Assembly: GCA_958296135.2 (NCBI GenBank)
Contig: CATQHZ020000001.1
Span: forward strand, 3,008,001-3,072,000
Origin: an uncultured Poribacteria bacterium
Lineage (GTDB): Bacteria > Poribacteria > WGA-4E > WGA-3G
Direction of reading: 5' to 3'
Length of the DNA: 64,000 nt
Shown: piece by piece, positions 30,329 to 41,300 of the stretch
How the letters are laid out: each line of letters starts with the position of its first letter
Position numbering within the stretch: position 1 is the first letter of the stretch
Made by a program: the position numbers and the translations under genes
Notes under the pieces: model-generated
Database searches by the model: none
What the model was told of the DNA's origin: nothing
What the model saw: the letters and a program-made list of their open reading frames with translations, nothing else

Positions 30329-33300
30329 ATGCTGAAGAACCTAAAACATTTTTGGCAAATCCATCTCACGGTCGCGCTGTGCACAGCGGTGGCGACAGGT
30401 GTGCTTGCTGGCGCGCTCATCGTCGGCGATTCCGTGCGCGGCAGTCTTAAAGCGGTGACGTTGGAGCGGCTTGGCACGATTGAGCACGCGCTCAGCGCCG
30501 ACCGGTTTTTCGCGCCGGCGTTGCTGCAGCGACAAAATATGGTGCCGGCGATTCTGCTGAACGGCACGGTTGTCGCGCCGGCAAGACAAACCCGCGCGTC
30601 AAAGGTTAACATCCACGGCGTGGACAATGCCTTCTTCCAATTTTGGGAAGGCGAAACGGTGCGAGGGACAGGCCCTCGCGCTACGGGGGCCGGAGGGCAG
30701 CCTGCTGTTGAGACAGCGCGAGGGACAGGCCCTCGCGCTACGGGGGCCGGAGGGCACATTGCCATTAACGAGGCACTCCAACGCGAATTAAACGTGCAAA
30801 TCGGCGACGCGCTCCTCGTGAATTTTCCGCAAGCAATGGACATCCACCCAGAGTTCCTATTCGGCCGGCGCGAGGCATCCGAGACTCTCCAAAGCCTACG
30901 GTTGACTGTCGGTGAGGTTATCCCAACGCAAAATGCGGGCAGATTTAGTCTTCGGCCTCACCAAAGTCTCCCTTTGAACGCTTTCATGCCTCTCCCGTTC
31001 CTGCAAAAAGCCCTTGCTCAAGAGGGGAAAGTGAATGCCTTATTTACGGCAGACGCGGTGCCTATTTCGCCTGATTCGCTTGCGCTAACGTTAGATGCGC
31101 TCGGCTTAAAAATCCGCGAACATGCGTCTTACCTCACCCTGCAGAGTGAGCAGTATCTGCTCAAGCCGCCGCTATCGGACATCGCGCTGTCTGTCGCAGC
31201 CGAGAGCGGTATCCCCGCGCTACCGACGCTCACATACCTTGCTAATACCATCGCCGCCAATGGCAAAACTATCCCCTATTCTACCATCGTGGCACTTCCT
31301 ATTGATGTCCGAGATTTCTCCGTTGTCCTTGCCAATGACGAAATTATTCTGAATACGTGGGCGGCCGCTGACCTGGGTGCCAAAGTGGGGGATAGCGTTG
31401 ACATCACCTATTACCGCATCGGCGCGGGCGAAGAGTACATCACTGAAACGGCGCATTTCCGCCTGAAGGCAATTACACCTATTCAGGGACTCGCCGCGGA
31501 GCCGGGTATCATTCCCGAATTTCCGGGGATTCACGATACGGCGGATATGTCCAATTGGGACTCCCCTTTTCCGATTGATTACACGCGCATCCGGGCGAGA
31601 GATGAGGCGTATTGGGATGAGTACGGCGCGACGCCCAAGGCATTTATCACGCTTGCAACAGGGAAACGGCTCTGGAAAAACCGCTTTGGAGACATCACCA
31701 CCCTTCGGATGAAGGCAGGGCGCGCGACGCGCGCGCAGTTTGAAACCGCGCTTCTGGAGAGAATCCAACCGGGACAGGTTGGGTTCCAATTCTTATCCCT
31801 CCGCGCTGATGGGCTTCACGCGGCACGCGGCACGACAGATTTTGGGATGCTGTTTAGTGGCCTGAGCATCTTGATTATTTTTTCTGCCGCCTACCTAATC
31901 GAGATGCTCTTCCGCATTGGTGTAGAACAACGCTCGCGTGAAATCGGGCTCCTCCGCGCTGTCGGGTATCCACTCGCCAACATCCGTATCCGCTTCCTCT
32001 CCGAGGCCGGTATTCTCGCCGGAACCGGCAGCCTCATCGGGTGCGTCTTCGCAGTAGGATACGCACAGTTGATGCTCTTTGGCTTGCAGACCTGGTGGTT
32101 ACCCGCCATTGGTACGCCTTTTGTTGAACTCCATATCGGCATCACGAGTCTGCTCATTGGCGTGCTCATCTCGCTAGGTGTTGTGCTGTTTTCTATCCAA
32201 GCAACTATTCGCAGACTCGGGAAGTCTCCCGCCGCATCACTTCTCGCCGGTGTGACAGATTTCGCGGAGGCGGGCCCGCAACCCGAAACACCGGAAATGA
32301 TTGCCCGGACTAAAAAACGGACGTGGCAGATATCTATTTGCATTATTCTTGGGATTACCGTAATCATAATCCTGAACTTCTTTGAACAATGGGGAGTTTC
32401 TAAACTTTGGGAGGACTGGTTAGATAATCCTATTGCCAGATTGCTGGCATCCACTGTATCCACCGTCGGAGTGGGGTGGCTCGTCTTTGACAGATGGCTC
32501 ACCTCGCAAAAGGTGCCGAAGCACCTCACTCGCCTCCGGTTTGCGCTTAAAAACGCCGCGCGGCACCCCGGCCACAGCAAAGGTTGCGTGATGATGGTGA
32601 GTTTGGCGTGTTGCATCGTCGCTGCGGTGGGTGTGAATCGGCAGGAGGCACCGCCTCCGACAGAATACGCCTTCGTCGCCGAGGCGGATATCCCACTGCA
32701 TCACAACCTTAATACCGAAGACGGACGCTTTGAGCTCGGTTTTTCCGATAAAGATGCTGAACTTCTCAGCGAATCGGCGGTGATGCCTTTCCGCGTTCTG
32801 CCCGGCGAAGATGTCAGTTGTCTCAACCTCTACCAACCGCAGAAACCGCAGATTTTGGGCATTTCGGATGCCGCCCTAGACGAAAACCCGTGGCGCGAGA
32901 CGCGGCCTCGGGGCGATAAAGTTGTCGCCATCGCCGATGAAAATTCGGTGCGCTGGGTGTTACATCTTGACCCGAGCGATACATTGTTCATTGAAGATGA
33001 ATTCGGAAATCCGCTCGGCTTGGCTCTTCATGTCTTGCAGAACAGCCTTTTTCAAGGCCAACTGATTATTTCAGAATCGAATTTCATGAAGTTCTTCCCA
33101 AGCCAGAGTGGGTATCGCTATTTCTTAATCAAAACGCCGCCTGAATTGCGGGAAGCGACAGCACAAGTGCTTGAGAAAACGTTAGGCGATTACGGCTTTG
33201 ACGTGACGCTGGCATCGGCACGGCTGGCAAGTTATCGGAGCGTAACAAACAGTTATATCTCCACGTTTCAGAGTTTAGGAGGGCTCGGGGTCATCCTCGG

Positions 33301-33631
33301 CACGTTCGGGTTGGCACTCGTGCTCTTCAGGAACGTTATTGAACGTCGGGGTGAATTGGCTACGCTCCGCGCGTTCGGGTTTCGCCGACAGCTTTTGTCG
33401 CGGATGTTGTTCGTTGAGGGCAGCTTTCTGCTGGGTGTCGGGATGCTCATCGGTATCGCCGCGGGGCTCGTTTCTTCACTCGCTGAACGAGGGGCTCTAC
33501 CGGCATTTCCATGGGTATCTCTCACAATTACCTTGCTTTCAATTTTCGTTTTTGGTATAATTGCAAATGCAGTTGCGGTTGCCGTGGCACTCCGAAGTCC
33601 ACTTCTTGCAACCCTCAAAAAGGATTTGTAG
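30329..33631 (+). CDS. FtsX/MacB-like ABC transporter permease (duplicated)
   Basis: Two FtsX blocks (EQRSREIGLLRAVG; ERRGELATLRAFG); multiple TMs. Confidence 0.9.
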   Translation: MLKNLKHFWQIHLTVALCTAVATGVLAGALIVGDSVRGSLKAVTLERLGTIEHALSADRFFAPALLQRQNMVPAILLNGTVVAPARQTRASKVNIHGVDNAFFQFWEGETVRGTGPRATGAGGQPAVETARGTGPRATGAGGHIAINEALQRELNVQIGDALLVNFPQAMDIHPEFLFGRREASETLQSLRLTVGEVIPTQNAGRFSLRPHQSLPLNAFMPLPFLQKALAQEGKVNALFTADAVPISPDSLALTLDALGLKIREHASYLTLQSEQYLLKPPLSDIALSVAAESGIPALPTLTYLANTIAANGKTIPYSTIVALPIDVRDFSVVLANDEIILNTWAAADLGAKVGDSVDITYYRIGAGEEYITETAHFRLKAITPIQGLAAEPGIIPEFPGIHDTADMSNWDSPFPIDYTRIRARDEAYWDEYGATPKAFITLATGKRLWKNRFGDITTLRMKAGRATRAQFETALLERIQPGQVGFQFLSLRADGLHAARGTTDFGMLFSGLSILIIFSAAYLIEMLFRIGVEQRSREIGLLRAVGYPLANIRIRFLSEAGILAGTGSLIGCVFAVGYAQLMLFGLQTWWLPAIGTPFVELHIGITSLLIGVLISLGVVLFSIQATIRRLGKSPAASLLAGVTDFAEAGPQPETPEMIARTKKRTWQISICIILGITVIIILNFFEQWGVSKLWEDWLDNPIARLLASTVSTVGVGWLVFDRWLTSQKVPKHLTRLRFALKNAARHPGHSKGCVMMVSLACCIVAAVGVNRQEAPPPTEYAFVAEADIPLHHNLNTEDGRFELGFSDKDAELLSESAVMPFRVLPGEDVSCLNLYQPQKPQILGISDAALDENPWRETRPRGDKVVAIADENSVRWVLHLDPSDTLFIEDEFGNPLGLALHVLQNSLFQGQLIISESNFMKFFPSQSGYRYFLIKTPPELREATAQVLEKTLGDYGFDVTLASARLASYRSVTNSYISTFQSLGGLGVILGTFGLALVLFRNVIERRGELATLRAFGFRRQLLSRMLFVEGSFLLGVGMLIGIAAGLVSSLAERGALPAFPWVSLTITLLSIFVFGIIANAVAVAVALRSPLLATLKKDL

Positions 33632-33740
33632 GCAGGAAAAAGCCCTATTCCGATAAGGTTCCCGCTCGCGCGGCTTAGCGTCCGGTAGAGCTGCTTTGTA
33701 GGTTGGGCGCGCCTGACTTCAACCGCCGCTCCCTTATCCG

Positions 33741-34418
33741 ATGAGCATCAGAAACGTAGGCATTGACAACGGCAATGACAGATGGACGGAGAGAAACGTG
33801 AGCGCACCAGATACATATCCAAACGCGTTGCGAATAACAAAAAATCGACTTTATTGGATACTCGCAATGTTCTTCCTGCTCGGAACGTTCTTCGGTTGTT
33901 CCGAAGATACGGAGGACAATACGGCCCCTGCTCTCTCACACGCGGAGAAAGGATGGGGGTTTTATCAAGCGGGCGACTATGCGCAGGCACTGCTCAGTTT
34001 TGAGCGCGCGCTCAACTTCGATGAGGCGCTTGCCGACGCGCACAACGGGGTAGGCTGGAGTCACCTGAGTCTCTCGTTAGCCATTCCTGTTGCGCAGGAA
34101 GCGTTCCAAAACGCCGTTCGGCTTGATGCCGCCAATGCGGATGCGTGGATTGGCCTCGCAAACCTGCTCTATTTGCGGCAGAAAGACGCGTCTGATTTCA
34201 GGGCGGCCCTCCGCGCAGTCGATAACGCCATGAACGCCGATGCACAATACCTCTATCGCCACGACTATGATTCTCCCGCCGGTCTTCATGCACTCAAGGC
34301 GGCGTGCTATTACTATCTGGGCGAGAATCCGGACGCGAGACAGGAGGTTGAGAAGGCACTCCGCATCGACTTAGAAAATAGGAGCGCGCGTGCCCTTGAC
34401 GCGCTGCTGCAAAAATGA
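33741..34418 (+). CDS. TPR lipoprotein (start uncertain)
   Basis: Lipobox-like FFGC; TPR units KGWGFY, ADAHNGVGW, ADAWIGLA. Confidence 0.75.
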   Translation: MSIRNVGIDNGNDRWTERNVSAPDTYPNALRITKNRLYWILAMFFLLGTFFGCSEDTEDNTAPALSHAEKGWGFYQAGDYAQALLSFERALNFDEALADAHNGVGWSHLSLSLAIPVAQEAFQNAVRLDAANADAWIGLANLLYLRQKDASDFRAALRAVDNAMNADAQYLYRHDYDSPAGLHALKAACYYYLGENPDARQEVEKALRIDLENRSARALDALLQK

Positions 34419-34436
34419 TAAAAATAGGAGCGATAA

Positions 34437-35336
34437 ATGGCTCAAAACGTTTTAACAGCAACAAACTTAACGCACTTCACACCCATACACCGCGGGAAAG
34501 TGCGCGACCTCTATGAACTGGGGGATGAACTCCTCATTATATCCACCGACCGGCTTTCGGCGTTCGATGTGGTTTTGCCGAACGGCATCCCCGACAAAGG
34601 CAGCGTGCTCACCGGACTGTCCAAATTTTGGTTCAACTACACCGAGGCTGTCGTTGACAATCACCTCATCGCAACCGAGGTTGCGGACTATCCGGCGGCA
34701 CTCCACGTTGATGCGGAGGTATTAACCGGCCGCTCCATGCTCGTTCGTAAAGCGGAGCGGGTTGACGTTGAATGCGTTGTGCGCGGCTATCTCGCGGGTT
34801 CGGGATGGGCTTCGTATCAGAAGACAGGGGAGATATGCGGGCAAAAACTTCCGGCAGGGCTTCGCGAATCGGAACGCCTCCCGGAACTCCTCTTCACGCC
34901 GACGACAAAGGCGGAGCACGGTGAACACGACGAACCTATCTCTATCCAGCAAATGCGCGATGAAATCGGCACGGAGCTCACCGCCCGGCTGATTGATGCC
35001 AGTTTCGCGCTCTTCAACGCCGCCAGCGAGCACGCCGAGAACGCCGGTATCATTCTCTGTGATACCAAGTTTGAATTCGGGCAACGCGACGGTGAGTTGA
35101 TTCTCATCGACGAGGTATTCACGCCGGATTCCTCGCGCTTTTGGCCCGCCGATTTGTATGAACCCGGTAAGTCGCAGCAGAGTTTTGATAAACAGTTCGT
35201 GCGGGATTACCTCTCTAAAATCGGATGGAACAAGCAGCCGCCCGCGCCGGAACTTCCGGCCGAAGTCATCGCTAAAACGAGCGAGAAGTATCGGGAGGCA
35301 TACCGCCTCATCGTTGGAGAGGAACTCCCGGCATAA
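34437..35336 (+). CDS. purC: SAICAR synthetase
   Basis: GKVRDLY, TDRLSAFD, ECVVRGYL, FTPTTK, DTKFEFG, DEVFTPDSSR, DKQFVR. Confidence 0.97.
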   Translation: MAQNVLTATNLTHFTPIHRGKVRDLYELGDELLIISTDRLSAFDVVLPNGIPDKGSVLTGLSKFWFNYTEAVVDNHLIATEVADYPAALHVDAEVLTGRSMLVRKAERVDVECVVRGYLAGSGWASYQKTGEICGQKLPAGLRESERLPELLFTPTTKAEHGEHDEPISIQQMRDEIGTELTARLIDASFALFNAASEHAENAGIILCDTKFEFGQRDGELILIDEVFTPDSSRFWPADLYEPGKSQQSFDKQFVRDYLSKIGWNKQPPAPELPAEVIAKTSEKYREAYRLIVGEELPA

Positions 35337-35403
35337 TCGATTGTTTATCATAACAAGGTGAGGAACAGGCCCTCGCCCTACGTAAGACGCTACGGTTACA
35401 ATT

Positions 35404-36606
35404 ATGGCGACTCCGCTAGATGGCATCAAAGTGCTCGATCTCACCCGTGTCCTTGCTGGCCCGTATGCCACAATGCTTCTCTGCGACTTAGGTGCAGAGG
35501 TGATTAAGATTGAACAGCCCGGCACCGGGGACGAGTCTCGGAATTTCGGTCCCTTCAAAAACGGGTTTAGCCTCTATTTCATGAGTGTGAACCGCGGCAA
35601 GCGGAGCATCACGCTGAACCTCAAGACGCAGCGTGGGCGCGAGTTATTCATGCAACTTGTCAAACAGTGTGACGTTGTGGTGGAGAATTTCCGTCCGGGA
35701 ACGATGCTGAAACTGGGTTTGGATTACGATACGCTCAAAACCGAGCGTCCATCGCTGATTTATGCGGCGTGCTCCGGTTTCGGCCAAACGGGCCCTTATG
35801 CGCAGCAGGGTGCCTACGATATGATTATTCAAGGGATGGGCGGCATCATGAGCATCACAGGTGAGCCGCCCTCTCCGGACGAAAAGCGCGCGCCGGTGCG
35901 CGTCGGCACGTCCATCAGCGACATCACCGCGGCACTCTTCACGACAATCGGCATTCTGTCCGCGCTCCATCACCGCCACCAAACAGGAAAGGGGCAGTTT
36001 GTGGATGTCGCCATGCTGGATAGCCTCGTCGCCGTTTTAGAGAATGCGGTTGTCCGCTATTTCGCTACAGGTGATGTGCCGCAACCGCTCGGGAGCCGGC
36101 ACCCTGCGATAACACCGTTTGAAGCGTTCGCATCTGCAGATGGATACGTGATTATCGCTATCGGAAACGATACGCTTTGGGAGAAGTTTTGTGAACATGT
36201 TGGCAGGCAAGAACTCATCTCCGATGCGCGGTTCCGTACCAACGCCGGCAGGACAGCAAATCATAGTGCACTTTTCCCGATTCTCTCGGAGATTCTGCGT
36301 CAACAGACTACGGATGCATGGATAGACGCTCTTGAGAAAATCGGTGTGCCGTGTGGCCCGATTAATGCCATGGACAAAGTCGTCAATCATCCGCAGGTGC
36401 AGGCGCGTGAGATGATTACGCGAGTCGTGCATCAGATTACCGGGGCGGTTGAAGTGCCGGGTATGCCGATTAAACTCTCGGAAACCCCTGGTAGTGTGGA
36501 CGCGCCTGCGCCGAGCCTCGGCGAACATACCACCGAGGTTTTGACAGAATTGTTGGGAATGCCCCCTGACGATGTGGAGAGGTTAAGACAGGAGGGGATT
36601 GTTTAA
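35404..36606 (+). CDS. CoA-transferase family III (CaiB/BaiF)
   Basis: VLDLTRVLAGP, LGAEVIKIE, NRGKRS, ENFRPG, APSLGEHT. Confidence 0.95.
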   Translation: MATPLDGIKVLDLTRVLAGPYATMLLCDLGAEVIKIEQPGTGDESRNFGPFKNGFSLYFMSVNRGKRSITLNLKTQRGRELFMQLVKQCDVVVENFRPGTMLKLGLDYDTLKTERPSLIYAACSGFGQTGPYAQQGAYDMIIQGMGGIMSITGEPPSPDEKRAPVRVGTSISDITAALFTTIGILSALHHRHQTGKGQFVDVAMLDSLVAVLENAVVRYFATGDVPQPLGSRHPAITPFEAFASADGYVIIAIGNDTLWEKFCEHVGRQELISDARFRTNAGRTANHSALFPILSEILRQQTTDAWIDALEKIGVPCGPINAMDKVVNHPQVQAREMITRVVHQITGAVEVPGMPIKLSETPGSVDAPAPSLGEHTTEVLTELLGMPPDDVERLRQEGIV

Positions 36607-38856
36607 ATGAACACATTACCGGGAACAACGCTCTTAACGATAGAAGGCGACATCGCCGCACAGATGGTGGAGGCACTCAACACCTATGTGATGCAAGCCA
36701 CCGCGGCTTCGGTGGAGAAGCGCGATGCCTTGTGGCATCGGGATTATAGTGCTCACGGCGCGTATGTCGAATCTGTGAAGCCAAACCGAGAACGGTTTAG
36801 AAAACAGATTGGCTGCGTTGATACGCGCCTGCCTATTGATGCACTCGCCTATATAGCGACAACGAAGTGCTATAAACATGCCGTGCCTAAAAGCACTGTC
36901 AAGGAGACGGAGAATTACAGCGTATCCCGCGTCCGCTGGCCCGTTTTTGACGAAGTGGAAGGTGAAGGGCTCCTCCTGGAACCTATCGGCGAACCTGTCT
37001 CCCAAGTCATCGCCTTGCCGGATGCAGACTGGACACCGGAAATGATAGCCGGTATCACCGATGAACTGCCGCCGCAAGCACAGTTCGCGCGGCGTTTAGC
37101 GGCGGCGGGGTGCCGCGTCGTCGTGCCGCTTTTGATTAACCGCGACGATACCTACGCCGGCAACCCGACAATCGGCGCAATGACTAATCAACCGCATCGG
37201 GAATTTATCTATCGGATGGCGTTTGAACTCGGCAGGCATATCATCGGGTATGAGGTGCAGAAAGTGCTGGCGTTGGTAGACTGGATGTCCACTGAAAAAG
37301 CACCCATCGGCGTTATCGGCCACGGCGAGGGTGGGCTCCTCGCGTTTTATAGCGCGGCTGTGGATACGCGCATACAGTCTACGGTTGTCAGTGGGTATTT
37401 CCAATCGCGGCAGGATGTCTGGCGTGAACCGATTTATCGAAACGTCTGGGGGCTCCTGCACGAATTTGGCGATGCCGACATCGCGAGTCTTATTGCCCCG
37501 CGCACGTTAATCGTTGAGGCGAGCCGTGGACCTGAAATAGCCGGGCCTCCGCCGGCGCGCTCGGGGCGAGGTGGTGCAGCACCGGGACAATTGGTGTCGC
37601 CACCGCAAACTTCCGTGGAAGCGGAGTTCAATCGCGCTCGTTCTTTTTATCAACACCTCGGCTGTGAAGATGCGCTGCGCCTCGTTATTCCTGAAGACAG
37701 CTTACCGGGTGCTGATGAGACGTTAAACGCGTTTCTCGGCGGGCTCGGTGTTGAGAATAGGGGTGCGCGCGTGGAAAGCGCGCCTACCGAACCCTTTGGG
37801 GAACCCCTCGACTATGAAGCACGGCAGCAGCGGCAATTCATGCAGCTCGTTCATCTGACACAACGCTTCTTGCGAGAGGCAGCATCCCGACGGAAAGCGT
37901 TCTTTTGGGATAATACCGATACCTCTTCGCTTACTAATTGGGAGGCAAGCTGCGCCGATGCCAAGGCTTATTTCTGGGATGAAGTCATCGGGCGGTGTCC
38001 GGCACCCGATGTGCCTGCTAATCCGAGGACGCGCCTGCTCTACGACGAACCGCTCTGGAGCGGTTATGAAGTCATGCTTGATGTGTGGCAGGACGTTTTC
38101 GCTTACGGCATCTTGCTCATCCCGAAGGGGATTCATGAGGGCACAAAACGGCCCGTCGTCGTCTGCCAGCACGGGTTAGAGGGAAGGCCGCAGGATACCG
38201 CCGACCCGAGGATAGACTCAGTCTATCATTCTTACGCGGCGCAGTTGGCAGACAGAGGATTTATTGTTTACGCGCCACAGAACCCGTATATCGGGCAGGA
38301 TGCGTTCCGTGTCATCCAACGCAAGGCGAATCCGATAAAATGGTCTCTATTTTCTCTGATTATTCGGCAACACGAACGCACGTTGGAGTGGCTGGCAGAA
38401 CAACCGTTCGTCAATTCTTATCGCATCGGGTTTTATGGGCTCTCCTACGGTGGGAAAACGGCGATGCGCGTGCCAGCATTGCTAGAAGGTTATGCCTGTT
38501 CGATCTGCTCCGCGGATTTCAACGAGTGGATTGTCAAAAACGCTACCTATGACTCGCGCTATAGTTACATGTTCACCGGCGAATATGAGATGCCGGAATT
38601 TGACCTCGGGAATACGTTCAACTATGGTGAGATGGCTGCGCTCATCGCGCCGCGGCCGTTTATGGTAGAGCGCGGCCACGAAGATGGCGTTGCACCCGAT
38701 GAGTGGGTGGCACACGAATACGCGGTTGTGCGGCGGCTCTACGTTCAACTCGGCATCGGTGTGAGAACAGAGATCGAGTTTTTTGACGGTGGGCATCAGA
38801 TTAACGCCGAGTCCACGTTCCGTTTCCTGCATCGTAGCCTGAATTATTGGCCGTAA
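36607..38856 (+). CDS. Tandem alpha/beta hydrolase (dienelactone hydrolase/esterase-like)
   Basis: Two hydrolase-like halves; GHGEGG (degenerate) and GLSYGG nucleophile elbows; LIAPR repeats; FFDGGH. Confidence 0.8.
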   Translation: MNTLPGTTLLTIEGDIAAQMVEALNTYVMQATAASVEKRDALWHRDYSAHGAYVESVKPNRERFRKQIGCVDTRLPIDALAYIATTKCYKHAVPKSTVKETENYSVSRVRWPVFDEVEGEGLLLEPIGEPVSQVIALPDADWTPEMIAGITDELPPQAQFARRLAAAGCRVVVPLLINRDDTYAGNPTIGAMTNQPHREFIYRMAFELGRHIIGYEVQKVLALVDWMSTEKAPIGVIGHGEGGLLAFYSAAVDTRIQSTVVSGYFQSRQDVWREPIYRNVWGLLHEFGDADIASLIAPRTLIVEASRGPEIAGPPPARSGRGGAAPGQLVSPPQTSVEAEFNRARSFYQHLGCEDALRLVIPEDSLPGADETLNAFLGGLGVENRGARVESAPTEPFGEPLDYEARQQRQFMQLVHLTQRFLREAASRRKAFFWDNTDTSSLTNWEASCADAKAYFWDEVIGRCPAPDVPANPRTRLLYDEPLWSGYEVMLDVWQDVFAYGILLIPKGIHEGTKRPVVVCQHGLEGRPQDTADPRIDSVYHSYAAQLADRGFIVYAPQNPYIGQDAFRVIQRKANPIKWSLFSLIIRQHERTLEWLAEQPFVNSYRIGFYGLSYGGKTAMRVPALLEGYACSICSADFNEWIVKNATYDSRYSYMFTGEYEMPEFDLGNTFNYGEMAALIAPRPFMVERGHEDGVAPDEWVAHEYAVVRRLYVQLGIGVRTEIEFFDGGHQINAESTFRFLHRSLNYWP

Positions 38857-38874
38857 CCCAATCACGAGAGAAAA

Positions 38875-39930
38875 ATGCTTTACTCAACCATGGTCCCGGC
38901 AGGACTTGAAAAGATTGCGCGTGAAGAGCTCACGGAACGTTTCGGTAACACGGGCACCCTAAAAATTCTCGCGCCGAAGCCGCGGCGCGTCCTTTTCCAC
39001 TATTCTGGTAACCCGCGCGAACTCCTCTCGCTGCGGACAGCGGAGCATCTGTTTCTTGTCGTCAAGAAGCTGCCGAAGATGAGCCGCTCGCGCGGCTCTT
39101 TGGCAGCCCTGAGCGGCTCACTGGCACGCTTTAATTTCAACGAGACGTTTGACTGCTGCCGACAGATGGGGCTGAAACTTCGCAAGCGCGTGACGTTCCG
39201 GGTGACGAGTCGCTTGTCGGGGCATCGCAACTTCCGTCGGTTGGATCTTCAGCGAGTTGTCGAGAGGGTGTTACGGGAGCACGGATGGCACTTGACAGCA
39301 CCGAACCCCGCGCTGGATGTCTGGGCAGAAGTGCATGGCGACGATGGGTATCTCAGCATCAGGCTTTCGCCGATTGAGATGGCACAACGCCGCTATAAGC
39401 AAGCACACATTCCCGCTTCGCTGAAACCGACACTCGCTTATAGCATGGTGCGGCTTTCACAACCACGCCCGAACGATGTTTTTCTGGACGCGATGTGCGG
39501 CGCAGGCACAATTTTGCTGGAACGCGCGTTTGCCGGCCGCTACCGTTATCTCATCGGCGGCGATATCTCCACAGCAGCGTTGGATGCCACCGTGACGAAT
39601 TTCGGCAGGCAGCATCAACCGCGCCAATTTTTCCACTGGGACGCACGCGCGCTGCCGCTCCAACCGAACACCGTTGATAAAATCGTCTGTAACCTGCCGT
39701 TCGGTGAGACGCACGGAGAGTCGGCACATCTGACAAGCCTATATCGGGACTGCCTCCGTCAATTTGAGGCGGTGCTGAAACCGCGCGGCCGAATGGTGCT
39801 GCTCACCTCGCAGCAAACGCTCCTAGACGAACTCCTCAAACGGCGGCGGAAACTCAAGGTAACGCAACGGTTGTCGGTAGATGTGCGTGGGATGCGCGCG
39901 TGGATTTACGTTATCCTATTGATTAGGTAG
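38875..39930 (+). CDS. THUMP-domain class I SAM-dependent RNA methyltransferase (Trm14/RlmL-like)
   Basis: PAGLE, ASLKPTLA, LDAMCGAGT, IVCNLPFG. Confidence 0.88.
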   Translation: MLYSTMVPAGLEKIAREELTERFGNTGTLKILAPKPRRVLFHYSGNPRELLSLRTAEHLFLVVKKLPKMSRSRGSLAALSGSLARFNFNETFDCCRQMGLKLRKRVTFRVTSRLSGHRNFRRLDLQRVVERVLREHGWHLTAPNPALDVWAEVHGDDGYLSIRLSPIEMAQRRYKQAHIPASLKPTLAYSMVRLSQPRPNDVFLDAMCGAGTILLERAFAGRYRYLIGGDISTAALDATVTNFGRQHQPRQFFHWDARALPLQPNTVDKIVCNLPFGETHGESAHLTSLYRDCLRQFEAVLKPRGRMVLLTSQQTLLDELLKRRRKLKVTQRLSVDVRGMRAWIYVILLIR

Positions 39931-39934
39931 GGGG

Positions 39935-40100
39935 CTCGTCGTGCCGTGTTCGCGAGGGAAACGTAGGAGAGACCTCCTGGTCTCGATGCCCTCCCGGGCG
40001 TTCCTCGTCGTGCTGTGTTCGCGAGGGAAACGTAGGAGAGACCTCCTGGTCTCGATGCCCTCCCGGGCGTTCCTCGTCGTGCTGTGTTCGCGGGGGAAAC
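39935..40100. repeat. 69-bp tandem repeat (~2.4 copies) containing the GTAGGAGAGACCTCCTGGTCTCGAT REP
   Basis: Units start at 39935, 40004, 40073, between convergent genes. Confidence 0.85.
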
Positions 40101-40152
40101 CCTCGGCAGTTAGTGACTGCCGGGGCCCCGCGCTACAGACGAAGAAGATGCC

Positions 40153-41238
40153 TTATATCTCCGGCACCCGCACTGACACCTCTTTCCCGGCTTCGTGCGA
40201 ACGGAAAATGCCATCCATAATCACGTTCGTGAGCAGCACTCCCTCCGGCGGAATCGGCGAGGGCCCGTCTGTCTTGACTGCCTCACGGAAGGCAGACATC
40301 TGTGCCTCCCACACATCTACTGCCGGGAAGCCGGAGAAGCGGATAGTCGTCATCCCTTCCGGTGGATTCGGTTCCGCTGTGAGCCCTTCCGCCTCGACGA
40401 GTTTCTGGAGTTCATCGGTATACGCATCGGCATAGACAACGGGGCCATCCAACGAAATCCCGGCTTCCTTGCCGAGGCAGAAGTTGCCGCCAAGCGAGTC
40501 GTTGTGAATCGCCCACGAGATTTTGAACACCATCACGCCGCCGTTATCAAACCGCACCCATGCCGCGCCGAATTCCTCAACGTCCATCACGTCGCGCCAC
40601 CTCGGGTCTTGCTGCGAGATGTAATCCTCCGTGATGGCAGAGACGCGCACCGGCTTTGGATATCCCATCGCATACAGCGAGTTGTGCATGTTGTAAACAC
40701 CGATGTCAACCGTCGCTCCTGCGCCCGCTGTCTTCTTGTAGATGAAGGTGTGTCCCGGATTGCCGCGCCTTCTGCATCCCGCGGATTCGGAATAGTAGAT
40801 GTCGCCGAGTAACCCGGCATCGACAACCTTTTTAGCGAATTGGAGGCGCGGGTTAAACGTGCTGTGAATACCAATCTGCAAGATTTTGCCAGAGGCTTTC
40901 GCTGCGCGCGCCATCGCGGTGGCATCCGTCAACTTCGCCGCCATCGGTTTCTCGCAGAACACATGCTTGCCGGCGTTCAACGCCGCCACTGTCGGCCGGC
41001 GATGCCCCTGATTATACGTGCAGACGCTCACCGTATCAATGGTGTCCATCTCCAGCATCTTGTTGTAACTAGTGAAGACGTGCTTTTGGGGGACACCCCA
41101 TTCTTCGGCGGCTTGCCGTGCCTTACTTTTGATAATGTCACATACTGCGACGATTTCAAAACCGCCGGCTTTTTCGTAGGCTCTCTGGTGTGCACGCGAA
41201 ATGCCACCTGTGCCAACGATACCAACTCGGATAGTCAT
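40153..41238 (-). CDS. Gfo/Idh/MocA family oxidoreductase
   Basis: IRVGIVGTGGI, GKHVFCEKP, DIGVY. Confidence 0.93.
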   Translation of the reverse strand: MTIRVGIVGTGGISRAHQRAYEKAGGFEIVAVCDIIKSKARQAAEEWGVPQKHVFTSYNKMLEMDTIDTVSVCTYNQGHRRPTVAALNAGKHVFCEKPMAAKLTDATAMARAAKASGKILQIGIHSTFNPRLQFAKKVVDAGLLGDIYYSESAGCRRRGNPGHTFIYKKTAGAGATVDIGVYNMHNSLYAMGYPKPVRVSAITEDYISQQDPRWRDVMDVEEFGAAWVRFDNGGVMVFKISWAIHNDSLGGNFCLGKEAGISLDGPVVYADAYTDELQKLVEAEGLTAEPNPPEGMTTIRFSGFPAVDVWEAQMSAFREAVKTDGPSPIPPEGVLLTNVIMDGIFRSHEAGKEVSVRVPEI

Positions 41239-41300
41239 GGTGTCATCTCCTTTTTCGGTTGATGCAAATCCCTTTCTTGGTTGATGCGAATCCCTTTCTT

